Assembly (NCBI GenBank): GCA_018830525.1 | Contig: JAHJSH010000020.1 | Coordinates: forward strand, 1 to 24,000 | Source of the DNA: Nanobdellota archaeon | GTDB lineage: Archaea; Nanobdellota; Nanobdellia; Pacearchaeales; GW2011-AR1 | Length of the DNA: 24,000 nt | Direction of reading: 5' to 3' | Shown here: positions 1-7,691 of the stretch, piece by piece | Layout: every line of letters starts with the position of its first letter | Position numbering within the stretch: position 1 is the first letter of the stretch | The notes under the pieces: model-generated | Database searches by the model: none | The model's input: only the letters and a program-made list of their open reading frames with translations | Told to the model about the DNA's origin: nothing | Position numbers and translations under genes: made by a program

Positions 1-56
1 AGTCTAGACAGTACACCAAGAGAACACAGCAGAAGAATAAATGATTTCATAGACAT
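1..56 (-). CDS. possible 5' end of a gene running off the left edge; N-terminus resembles a signal peptide or TM segment (MSMKSFILLLCSLGVLSR...)
   Basis: The reverse complement of 1-56 reads ATG TCT ATG AAA TCA TTT ATT CTT CTG CTG TGT TCT CTT GGT GTA CTG TCT AGA. Only 18 codons are visible. An open +1 frame (1-174) is an alternative reading. Confidence 0.2.
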   Translation of the reverse strand, partial: MSMKSFILLLCSLGVLSR

Positions 57-157
57 CGGAATTTATGGAAAAAATGCATGCTATTCTTCTAGCTCTTGGT
101 TATTTGGAATTATCTTATTTTGTGTAGTTTCGGAGATACTGTCGGTTGGGGCAAACC

Positions 158-165
158 TTATAAAT
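158..165 (+). promoter_or_regulatory. TATA-like box (TTATAAAT) for the Sec61-beta/NAC transcription unit
   Basis: TTATAAAT is centred about 25 nt upstream of the ATG at 186. Several other genes in this window show the same spacing. Confidence 0.4.
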
Positions 166-185
166 CACTATTAGGTTTATTGTTC

Positions 186-341
186 ATGGCAGATATTGGA
201 ATTCCGGGTATGGGTGGCGGTTTAATGCGTTATAAGGAAGAATACAATTCTAAAATTAAATTTGGGCCTGGCGCTGTCGTAGGTATGATTATTGTTACAA
301 TTATTCTTGTTGTCGGACTTAGAATTTTTTTAGGTGCTTAA
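186..341 (+). CDS. secG: preprotein translocase subunit Sec61-beta / archaeal SecG (51 aa, tail-anchored)
   Basis: From the internal ATG at 186 of ORF 96-341: MADIGIPGMGGGLMRYKEEYNSKIKFGPGAVVGMIIVTIILVVGLRIFLGA. The GL(M/I)RY..E..SKIK.P motif followed by one C-terminal TM helix is the archaeal Sec61-beta pattern. The upstream part of the ORF starts at a TTG and looks non-coding. Confidence 0.6.
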   Translation: MADIGIPGMGGGLMRYKEEYNSKIKFGPGAVVGMIIVTIILVVGLRIFLGA

Positions 342-671
342 ATGTTTCCGGGAGGGATGAACCCTGCAAAGATGCAAGGCATGATGAAGAAGATGGGAAT
401 TTCTCAGACCCCGTTGAAGGTAAAGAGAGTTATTTTTGAGATGGAAGATACTAATTTGGTTATTGACGACCCTTCGGTTATTCGAGTAATGATGCAAGGG
501 CAAGAGACTTACCAAGTTTCAGGCGAGGCTCAAGAAGAACTGGCTGAAAGTTTTTCTGAAGAAGATGTTGCGATGGTTGTTGAAAAAACGGGGAAAATGG
601 AAGAAGAAGTTAGAGAAATGTTGGAGCAAGTTGGCGGAGATATTGCTGAGGCAATTATGAGTTTAAAATAG
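342..671 (+). CDS. nac: nascent polypeptide-associated complex protein (archaeal NAC, NAC domain plus C-terminal UBA-like domain)
   Basis: MFPGGMNPAKMQGMMKKMGI... is a typical archaeal NAC N-terminus. The central beta-rich NAC domain reads VIFEMEDTNLVIDDPSVIRVMMQGQETYQVSG. The C-terminus EEDVAMVVEKTGKMEEEVREMLEQVGGDIAEAIMSL is UBA-like. Confidence 0.85.
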   Translation: MFPGGMNPAKMQGMMKKMGISQTPLKVKRVIFEMEDTNLVIDDPSVIRVMMQGQETYQVSGEAQEELAESFSEEDVAMVVEKTGKMEEEVREMLEQVGGDIAEAIMSLK

Positions 672-680
672 AGTGCAATA

Positions 681-983
681 ATGAATAAAAAGAGTTTTTT
701 AGATAGTTGTAATATGAATGAATATGAAGCATTATTTTTTGCAGAATTGAGCATTGGAGCAGTAGCATTTGTTGGATCCAATATATATTCATATTGTATA
801 ACTAAAAGTAATCTAAATGAATTTGGTAGAGGAAAAATAGCAGACCATAAAAAATGGGTGGGAGGTGTGAGGTTTATTACCCCAATATATCTTCTATTCT
901 ATGGGATAGGATCTCAAATTGCTTTTGGACAATATGATAGAAAGCAGAAAAAAAGTATAGAAGGGGTTGTTGAAGAAGAGTAG
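681..983 (+). CDS. hypothetical small membrane protein (100 aa, two hydrophobic segments)
   Basis: ORF with an ATG start and hydrophobic stretches (ALFFAELSIGAVAFVG; FITPIYLLFYGIGSQIAF). I recognise no family. Confidence 0.4.
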   Translation: MNKKSFLDSCNMNEYEALFFAELSIGAVAFVGSNIYSYCITKSNLNEFGRGKIADHKKWVGGVRFITPIYLLFYGIGSQIAFGQYDRKQKKSIEGVVEEE

Positions 984-1022
984 TGCAATAATTAATATAA
1001 ACTCCCCTTAATCTATCTAGGT

Positions 1023-1445
1023 ATGGGAAATTTTAATGAGCCATTAATTAATGCGAAATATCATTTGGTTGTGGCGGAACGTATGTATTCGGGTTATGGC
1101 GAGTTTCCGGATAAAAGATTTCTTATTGGAGTTATCAACGAAGCGGCCCGAGCGGTTTCTAATTTGATGAAAGCATTTTTGATTCGTGCAAATCGTGGCG
1201 GGAAGGATTCAAAAAGGAACATTGAAATTTTTATGAATGAAATTGCACCACAATATCTTGATGCTTTGACTGTGGAAAATTTGTTTAAGGTACTTGAAAT
1301 TGAAAAGGCTCAGAAGACTTCCCCCATAGAATATGCGAAGGGCGAGAGTATAATTCTGTTAATTGATGGGAAATATCGTTTTTTGTCGGCGCAACGAATT
1401 GGGGAATTTGTTGAATCAATTAAGGTTGGAATTGGTGAATTCTGA
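1023..1445 (+). CDS. hypothetical alpha-helical protein, tandem paralog 1
   Basis: 140-aa ORF. It shares collinear motifs with the next ORF (AKYHL..V / ADHLLYV; K.NIEIFM / KQRIEFM; RIGEFVESI / KLGEYAEIV). Confidence 0.5.
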   Translation: MGNFNEPLINAKYHLVVAERMYSGYGEFPDKRFLIGVINEAARAVSNLMKAFLIRANRGGKDSKRNIEIFMNEIAPQYLDALTVENLFKVLEIEKAQKTSPIEYAKGESIILLIDGKYRFLSAQRIGEFVESIKVGIGEF

Positions 1446-1525
1446 AAATTTTCGACAGATATAAAAAGGTGGTTCTCCTGGTCTTTTTTGCGCTAAGATT
1501 GTCGATTGATAATCGACTTGGAAGC

Positions 1526-2014
1526 ATGGTCTCGCTAAGGCTTGCTTTCGCACTAAAGGAATGGGTTTATACTATTGAAGAAATAATCAAGGAAAAGACA
1601 AGTGCCGACCATCTCTTATATGTGAGTTTAAAATATACAAAAACTTGCGATGTTATATTGAATCTATTGGCTCGGTGGAAGAGTTTAATTGAAATTAGTT
1701 TCGACGCTCTTCTTGAACAGAAGGTTGAGGCAGGAAAAGTTCCCCATGCTCCGGAAAGTCCAAAACAACGGATTGAGTTTATGAAAAAATACTTCAAGAA
1801 ATCTGAAGAGATTCAGGCAGTTATTCCATTGTACATCTTTTTTAAGAGAGTTCCGGACTTGAACAAAACACGGGAAGGTGAATTCAGGAAAAATGTTAAT
1901 TTGAAGGTTATAGATCCTACAAAAACTACTGAAATTAATATGGAAAAATTGGGGGAATACGCGGAAATCGTCGAGGAATTCATTAGTAAAGTTAAAAAAA
2001 TTCTAACTAGTTGA
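1526..2014 (+). CDS. hypothetical alpha-helical protein, tandem paralog 2
   Basis: ORF 1469-2014; the first ATG is at 1526 (MVSLRLAF...). A TATA-like ATATAAAAA lies at about 1459-1467. It is a weak but collinear paralog of 1023-1445. Confidence 0.5.
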   Translation: MVSLRLAFALKEWVYTIEEIIKEKTSADHLLYVSLKYTKTCDVILNLLARWKSLIEISFDALLEQKVEAGKVPHAPESPKQRIEFMKKYFKKSEEIQAVIPLYIFFKRVPDLNKTREGEFRKNVNLKVIDPTKTTEINMEKLGEYAEIVEEFISKVKKILTS

Positions 2015-2123
2015 ATAAAATTAACATCAAAAATGTTCCATGAATTCATTTGTTCGGGGGAGTGAAAAATGAATGAACAAAGCTTATAAACCGAGTTTTT
2101 CTGATAATTACATTCAAGATTGA

Positions 2124-2210
2124 AATGGTAATCCGGGGATATAACCTTTCAGATCGGGATGGTCTGCAAAGGGTCAAGGACACGTCTAAAAAATTTTGAG
2201 AAAATAAAAC
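2124..2210 (+). promoter_or_regulatory. conserved upstream leader module, copy A (imperfect inverted repeat 2145-2153 / 2163-2172)
   Basis: Ungapped alignment of 2124-2213 with 15505-15594 gives 57/90 identities by hand count (35/47 in the first 47 nt). The module ends at the ATG in both copies. The shared blocks are AATGGTA, ATAACCTTTCAG(A/G)TC and TCTGCAAA. Confidence 0.5.
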
Positions 2211-2963
2211 ATGGCACGAATAATTGTTATAAATTCAGGGAAAGGTGGCGTTGGTAAAACTACTACCGCAATAAATTTAGGCGCTTCTTTAAATAAATTG
2301 AATCATGAGGTAATTATTGTCGATGCAAATTTGAATACGCCGAACATTGGATTGCAACTTGGTGCTCCAATCGTTCCGATTACATTAAATCATGTTCTTA
2401 AGGGAAAGGCAGATATTGAAGATGCTATTTATGAACATTCCTCTGGGACAAAAATTATTCCTTCATCTCTTTCAGTTAAAGAATTGACAAAATTTAATAC
2501 TAAAAAACTTCCAGAGATTATGAAAAAATTGAGTACTCTTTGTGATTATGTTATTGTTGATTCAGCGGCAGGATTTGGTGATGAAGTTATTGCGGTTTTA
2601 GGGGCTGCTGACGAGATTATTATTGTTACAAACCCGGAAATGCCCGCGGTTACCGATGCTTTGAAGGCAATTAAGGTTGCTAGAAGTATGGGAAAGGTGA
2701 TTAACGGAATTATCGTGACCAGACATAGCGGGGCTAAATATGAAATGCCTTTGTCCTCAATTAAGTCTATGTTAGAATCCCAAATTATTGGAGTTATTCC
2801 TGAAGACAAAGCTGTTAAAGAAGCTTTGAATCTTCGAGATGCGGTCGTCCATACCCATCCTAGGAGCAGAGTTTCTAAGAAATATTATGAAATCGCCAAA
2901 CTGGTTTCTGGAGAGACTATTGAAAATAAGAAAAGTTTTTTAGAAAGGTTATTTAGAATATAG
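2211..2963 (+). CDS. minD: MinD/ParA-family P-loop ATPase (archaeal MinD-like)
   Basis: The deviant Walker A reads IVINSGKGGVGKTTTAINLG and the Walker B-like segment reads YVIVDSAAG. The protein is 250 aa, the typical MinD/ParA length. Confidence 0.85.
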   Translation: MARIIVINSGKGGVGKTTTAINLGASLNKLNHEVIIVDANLNTPNIGLQLGAPIVPITLNHVLKGKADIEDAIYEHSSGTKIIPSSLSVKELTKFNTKKLPEIMKKLSTLCDYVIVDSAAGFGDEVIAVLGAADEIIIVTNPEMPAVTDALKAIKVARSMGKVINGIIVTRHSGAKYEMPLSSIKSMLESQIIGVIPEDKAVKEALNLRDAVVHTHPRSRVSKKYYEIAKLVSGETIENKKSFLERLFRI

Positions 2964-2990
2964 TTGGGGAAATTTAGTGATTATTTAACT

Positions 2991-3980
2991 ATGGAAACAA
3001 AATACCTCCCATTTGAGGGCGAAGTTGAAAAAATTGATGGCCAGATTTCTGAATTGATTGAATATGGTAAGCAAAAAGGAATCAGTTATTCTTCTGAAAT
3101 TGATAAGTTAATTACCAAAAGAAGGGGTATACTTAAGAACATTTATTCTAACCTTTTTGCCTGGGATACTGTGCAAGTCGCTCGGCATCCACAGCGTCCG
3201 ATTTTGGAGGATTATATTAATCTGATGGTTCATGATTTTGAAGAGATGCATGGCGATAGACTTTATGGAGATGATCGGGCTCTGATTGGAGGACTGGGAA
3301 GGATTGGTAGAGAGAAAGTTATGATTGTAGGGCATAATAAAGGACGAGCGAAAGATTTGGAGAAAATGGCTGGAGAAAATATGGAAGAAAAGATGAGATA
3401 CATCGCAGGATGCCCGAATCCGGAGGGGTTTAGAAAGGCGAATAGACTTATGAGATATGCCGAGAAGTTCGGTATACCCATAGTCACTCTTATCGATACT
3501 CCAGGTGCTTATCCTGGAATTGGTGCTGAAGAAAGGGGACAGGCTAGTGCTATTGCTGAGAACTTGAGGTATATGGCTAGGGCGCGGGTTCCAATTGTTT
3601 CAGTAGTTATTGGTGAGGGGGGTAGTGGGGGTGCTTTGGGAATTGGAGTTGCAAATTATTTTGGTGCTTTGGAGTATTCTTACTACTCAGTTATTTCTCC
3701 AGAAGGTTGTGCAGCTATTTTGTGGAGGAATGGGAACGAGAAGGAAGAAGCTGCGGAAACATTAAAATTAACTGCTCGTGGAGGATATGAATTAGGCGCA
3801 ATTGATGAGGTTATTAGAGAGCCTTTAGGCGGGGCGCATAGAAATCTTCGCGAGACTATTATTGAAGTTAAAAGATATATTCTTCAGGCTATTGGAAAAT
3901 TAAAAAATATGAAAGGTGAAAAGTTGGTGGAACACAGACATAAGATGATTAATAGAAGGGCAAGCGGAACGAGGGATTAA
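2991..3980 (+). CDS. accA: acetyl-CoA carboxylase carboxyltransferase alpha subunit (bacterial AccA type)
   Basis: ARHPQRP, GDR.Y.DD.A..GG, IDTPGAYPG.GAEERGQ, VIGEGGSGGAL, YSVISPEGCAAILW and EPLGGAHR are all present in AccA order. The ORF opens at TTG 2964. ATG 2991 (METKYLPFEGEVEKIDGQI) aligns best with the AccA N-terminus. Confidence 0.85.
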   Translation: METKYLPFEGEVEKIDGQISELIEYGKQKGISYSSEIDKLITKRRGILKNIYSNLFAWDTVQVARHPQRPILEDYINLMVHDFEEMHGDRLYGDDRALIGGLGRIGREKVMIVGHNKGRAKDLEKMAGENMEEKMRYIAGCPNPEGFRKANRLMRYAEKFGIPIVTLIDTPGAYPGIGAEERGQASAIAENLRYMARARVPIVSVVIGEGGSGGALGIGVANYFGALEYSYYSVISPEGCAAILWRNGNEKEEAAETLKLTARGGYELGAIDEVIREPLGGAHRNLRETIIEVKRYILQAIGKLKNMKGEKLVEHRHKMINRRASGTRD

Positions 3981-5773
3981 CCAACTACGCTTCCGGCTTC
4001 TATATCTATATCGGGAGTTATCAATGAAATACTTGTGTGGTCTTTGTTTGAGGCTGCCAGTAACATTCCTTGGGATTCAATTCCTCTGAGTTTTCTTGGA
4101 ACTAAGTTTGTTAATACGATTATTTTTTTACCCTTGAGGTCGTCATGCGAATAGAATTCTTTTATTCCCGCGCAAATTGTTCGGCTTTCATCTCCGATAG
4201 AAATATCTAACTTGTAAAGTTTATCTGCGCCTTCGATATTTTCAACATTTTGAATTTCCGCGACTCGTAAGTCTAACTTTTCGAAGTCTGCATACTGAAT
4301 TGTTGTTACTCCTTCCATTATCTCTTTAGGCTCTTCAGATTTATTAAGGTTTGGTTTGCCTGCTGGGACGTCTATCTTTGTAAAGAGGATTGGTGCTTTT
4401 TTTATTTTATCTGTTTTGAAAATCTTGGATATTTTTTCTGCCGATTCTGGGATGAATGGGGAGAGAAGTTTTGCTATTTCTCGGATTGATTCCACTAATT
4501 GGTATAAAACTTTTTTATTGTGTGTTTCCCAAGGTTTTTTAGATTGAATAAACTCATTACAGGTGTCGATGAATGCAAAAATTTCGTTTAATGTTTTGTC
4601 AAGTTCATAATTATCTATTAATTTTCCAATTTGTTTTACCTTGAATTTTTTAACTAAAGTATTTGGAGTTTTTTCTATTCCATATTTTTCAGCTAATGCT
4701 GAAGTTCGGGAAACTAAGTTTCCTAATTTATTTGCTAATTCATCATTATACCGTTTAACCAGGGCAATTTCATTAAAATCACCATCTTCTCCTGTTGCGA
4801 ATGGGAATTGTCTCAAACAAAAATATCTAACTGAATCGGCACCATATTTTTCTACGAGAGTTACTGGAGAAATTGCATTACCTAAAGATTTTGATATTTT
4901 TTGTCCATTGAATGTAAGAAAGCCATGATTAAAGATTGTTTTTGGTAACTCTATCCCTGCAGATTTTAGCATTGCTGGCCAGTATACTGTATGAAACCAA
5001 GTGTTGTCTTTTCCTAAAAGATGTGTTGTGAGTTTTCCCCAGAATTTTTCTCTTCCTTTTTCTCTCGTCGCTGTGTAGTAACTTATTAAAGCCTCAAACC
5101 AAACATAAGTTATGTGTTTTTTGTCTAATGGAAATGGAATCCCCCAATCAAAAGATGTTCGCGTTATGCTTAAATCTTTTAGACCCTCTTTTACTCGATT
5201 AATTATTTCATTTCTTCGGGAAGTTGGTAAAATAAATTCTGGATGTTTTTTATATAAATCTAATAAGAACTTTTGATATTTGGATAATCTAAAGAAATAG
5301 GTTTCTTCTTTTATTTTTTCCAGCGGTCTTTTATGTAATTGACATACTCCGTCTGGGCAATCTTTTTCGGTGTAGTATGCTTCACAGCCAGTGCAATAAA
5401 GTCCTTCATATTCTCCGAGATAAATGTCTCCGTTCGCGTTGCATTTTTTTATGAAATCTTCTACGACTTTTTTATGGTCTTTATCAGTCGTTCTTATGAA
5501 TCTGTCATATTTTATGTTCAATGCTTTCCATGCTTCTTTGAATTTTTCTGAAACTTCATCTACAAATTCTTTAGGATTCTTCCCCGTTTTTTTCGCAGAC
5601 TCTTCGACTTTCTTCCCATGTTCATCAGTCCCGGTCACGAATAAGACTTCTTTTCCTTGAAGCTTGTTCCACCTAGCAAGAACATCCGCTACGATTTTCT
5701 GATACGCGTGACCTATATGGGGGGGTGCGTTTACGTAGTCTATTGCTGTTGTTACATAAAATTTTTCTGCCAT
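3977..5773 (-). CDS. metG: methionyl-tRNA synthetase with C-terminal Trbp111/EMAPII-like tRNA-binding domain
   Basis: The class I signatures are HIGH (PPHIGHAY) and KMSKS (KISKSLGN). A Cys knuckle reads CTGCEAYY...CPDGVC. The C-terminal OB-fold reads DLRVAEIQNVENIEGADKLYKLDISIG...GIESQGMLLAAS. Confidence 0.95.
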   Translation of the reverse strand: MAEKFYVTTAIDYVNAPPHIGHAYQKIVADVLARWNKLQGKEVLFVTGTDEHGKKVEESAKKTGKNPKEFVDEVSEKFKEAWKALNIKYDRFIRTTDKDHKKVVEDFIKKCNANGDIYLGEYEGLYCTGCEAYYTEKDCPDGVCQLHKRPLEKIKEETYFFRLSKYQKFLLDLYKKHPEFILPTSRRNEIINRVKEGLKDLSITRTSFDWGIPFPLDKKHITYVWFEALISYYTATREKGREKFWGKLTTHLLGKDNTWFHTVYWPAMLKSAGIELPKTIFNHGFLTFNGQKISKSLGNAISPVTLVEKYGADSVRYFCLRQFPFATGEDGDFNEIALVKRYNDELANKLGNLVSRTSALAEKYGIEKTPNTLVKKFKVKQIGKLIDNYELDKTLNEIFAFIDTCNEFIQSKKPWETHNKKVLYQLVESIREIAKLLSPFIPESAEKISKIFKTDKIKKAPILFTKIDVPAGKPNLNKSEEPKEIMEGVTTIQYADFEKLDLRVAEIQNVENIEGADKLYKLDISIGDESRTICAGIKEFYSHDDLKGKKIIVLTNLVPRKLRGIESQGMLLAASNKDHTSISLITPDIDIEAGSVVG

Positions 5774-5793
5774 ATTGAAACGAGTTGGAAAAG

Positions 5794-5803
5794 ATTATTA
5801 AAG
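5794..5803. promoter_or_regulatory. AT-rich TATA-like element placed to serve both directions (metG on minus, candidate RNA on plus)
   Basis: ATTATTAAAG is centred about 26 nt from the metG ATG (5771-5773, minus strand). It is also about 26 nt from the GC-rich start of the structured region at 5824 (plus strand). Confidence 0.35.
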
Positions 5804-5823
5804 ATTGCTATTATAGGAATTTC

Positions 5824-6100
5824 GCGCGCGGGTGGTATAGTTCCACGATTTTCAAAACAAATCGCTTCAAATACTACTCTGCTACATTGCGTGAGTAGTA
5901 TAATGGTCGCATATGAGCTTCCCAAGCTCGGGATCCGGGTTCTACTCGCAATTTACATCTCGCAAAAAGATGTTTTGAAAATGTTTTGCTCAAAGCGAAT
6001 TGCTCGTCCCGGCAAGCGCATAATCGAACAGTTCGATTTGCCCGAAGGGTATGCAGTTTACTGCCGAGGCTCGCGCATAATCTAATCTAGTCCAGGTATT
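5824..6100 (+). ncRNA. candidate structured non-coding RNA of unassigned family
   Basis: The region has no credible ORF and contains at least eight hairpins or palindromes. Its GC-rich ends are complementary: GCGCGGG (5826-5832) pairs with CTCGCGC (6070-6076). A TATA lies at about -26 and an oligo-T tract TATTTTTGTTTTAT at 6097-6110. The strand is inferred only from the TATA and oligo-T placement. Confidence 0.35.
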
Positions 6101-6146
6101 TTTGTTTTATCGCTAGTTTTTTAAAATGTATTAACGAGTAGACCTT

Positions 6147-7661
6147 GTGGTAAAAAGAGATGTTATTTCTAAATCTGGAAAGATACTTGGAAAAGCTGCT
6201 GCAATTAAACATCCAATTGTCCAAAAAAAGATTGAGAAGAGTTTGAAATTGAGTATTCAAGAGGGTTCGTTAGCTTCAGTTTCGGGAGGTTTGGGTCTTT
6301 CCTATTTTGCTCCATTTGCTTTAGCGATGAATGCTACCTCAAGTCAGGTAGGGATACTGCATGCGATTATCAGTCTAGTTCCGAGCGTGATTCAATTGCA
6401 CGTGGCTAAACTTCTTAAAAAATATTCTAGAAAGAAAGTCCTCTTGACTAGTGTCGGGATAAAATTGTTATTGTGGGTCCCGATTCTCTTGACCGGATTA
6501 TTGTTCTATCTAGGAGTTCCATATATGGTGTGGGTTTTTATCGGATTAGTTGGAATCGATTATGCTATTGGAGCAATTGCGCATCCCGCATGGTTTTCTT
6601 TAATGGGTTCGTTAGTCCCTGAAGAAAAACGAGGAAAGTATTTTGCTAAGAGAAATAGAATCGCAGGATTCTTTGGATTGGTTACTATGATCGTGGGTGC
6701 GATTATTTTAGATTTTAGTAAAAGTATAGGGTTCGCCAGAGGGGATATCCTTGGTTATACTCTTCTAGGATTTGGGATATTATTCGTTCTTGCAGCATTA
6801 ATTAGGATGTGGTCATGGACACTTTTGGCTAGACACTATGAGCCAAAATTAGTAGTTCGAAAGAAAGATAGTTTTTCATTTTGGGAATTTTTGAAAAGGG
6901 CTCCATCTACACCATTTGGAAGATTCACTTTGTTTAGGGGATTCTTCAGCATTGCTATTGCTATTGCTGGGCCGTTTTGGGCAGTTTATATGTTAAGAGA
7001 TTTAGGATTTTCATATATTTGGTTTATAGCGATTACGGTTTCAGGAACCGCATTTCAATTAATGTTTTTCCCACTTATGGGGAAAGCATCAGATAAATTT
7101 GGGAATATTAAAATAATGGGGATTTGCTCGGGGCTTATGTTTTTGATTCCGTTCCTTTGGCTTGCTTCATCATTGATTAGTTCGAATATTGGCGTCCAAA
7201 TTTATCTATTGTTTGTCCCGGCAATAGTAAGCGGTTTTGCGTGGTCAGGTTATAATCTTGCGACGAATAATTATGTCTATGACGCGGTCGCTCAAAGAAA
7301 ACAATGTTATGGAGTCTCGTATATGAATTTACTTGTTGGTGTTGGAACATTCATTGGTGCAAGTATTGGTTCATTGATTGCGTGGTTGGGCATTCCTTTT
7401 ATGAACACAATATTATTTATCTTTATAATTTCTGGACTTGCTAGATTGCTAGTCGCGATTTTTGGAGTTAAATATCTTCGAGAAGTCCGACATGTCGGCA
7501 AATTTTCTTCGCACTACCTCATTAAAGAATTCAGTCCAATGCAAGGTGTGGTTCGGGAAGTCCATTATCTAGAACATATAGTTGAAAAAGTCCAACACTA
7601 CGTAAAGAAGGGAGAAGAGAAACCTCTGCCAAAAGAGGTTATATCTTATGAGGATAGTTAA
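6147..7661 (+). CDS. major facilitator superfamily-type transporter (about 12 TM)
   Basis: The 504-aa protein is highly hydrophobic throughout. MFS motif-A-like loops occur in both halves (VAKLLKKYSRKKVLL; GKASDKFGNIKIM). It has a GTG start and no earlier in-frame ATG. Confidence 0.6.
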   Translation: MVKRDVISKSGKILGKAAAIKHPIVQKKIEKSLKLSIQEGSLASVSGGLGLSYFAPFALAMNATSSQVGILHAIISLVPSVIQLHVAKLLKKYSRKKVLLTSVGIKLLLWVPILLTGLLFYLGVPYMVWVFIGLVGIDYAIGAIAHPAWFSLMGSLVPEEKRGKYFAKRNRIAGFFGLVTMIVGAIILDFSKSIGFARGDILGYTLLGFGILFVLAALIRMWSWTLLARHYEPKLVVRKKDSFSFWEFLKRAPSTPFGRFTLFRGFFSIAIAIAGPFWAVYMLRDLGFSYIWFIAITVSGTAFQLMFFPLMGKASDKFGNIKIMGICSGLMFLIPFLWLASSLISSNIGVQIYLLFVPAIVSGFAWSGYNLATNNYVYDAVAQRKQCYGVSYMNLLVGVGTFIGASIGSLIAWLGIPFMNTILFIFIISGLARLLVAIFGVKYLREVRHVGKFSSHYLIKEFSPMQGVVREVHYLEHIVEKVQHYVKKGEEKPLPKEVISYEDS

Positions 7662-7691
7662 ATTTAAGTAGGAAGAGATATTTTTATTAAG

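Noticed and set aside
672-992. 11-nt direct repeat AGTGCAATAAT at 672-682 and 982-992, exactly bracketing ORF 681-983
   Set aside because: The placement at both gene boundaries is suggestive. However, an 11-mer recurring within about 300 bp is expected by chance several times in 24 kb of AT-rich DNA, so it is not strong enough to call a cassette.
3977-3980. accA and metG stop codons overlap in the palindrome TTAA
   Set aside because: This is a trivial consequence of tight convergent packing, and I see no functional implication.
5889-5950. tRNA-Gly(CCC)-like segment: stem GCG(t)GAGTAG/CTACTCGC enclosing TAATGG and an anticodon-like arm TGAGC-TTCCCAA-GCTCG
   Set aside because: It is only about 60 nt and has no T-arm (CCGGGTTC is not followed by RAAT-CCCGG). 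The D-stem does not pair. I could not rescue it with an intron using the downstream CCCGG (6008-12) or either GCGCA end. It is therefore kept only as part of the unassigned-RNA finding, not called as a tRNA.
5657-6085. 142-aa plus-strand ORF
   Set aside because: It starts antisense inside the metG 5' end and runs through the hairpin-dense intergenic block. A structured RNA or regulatory DNA explains this region better.
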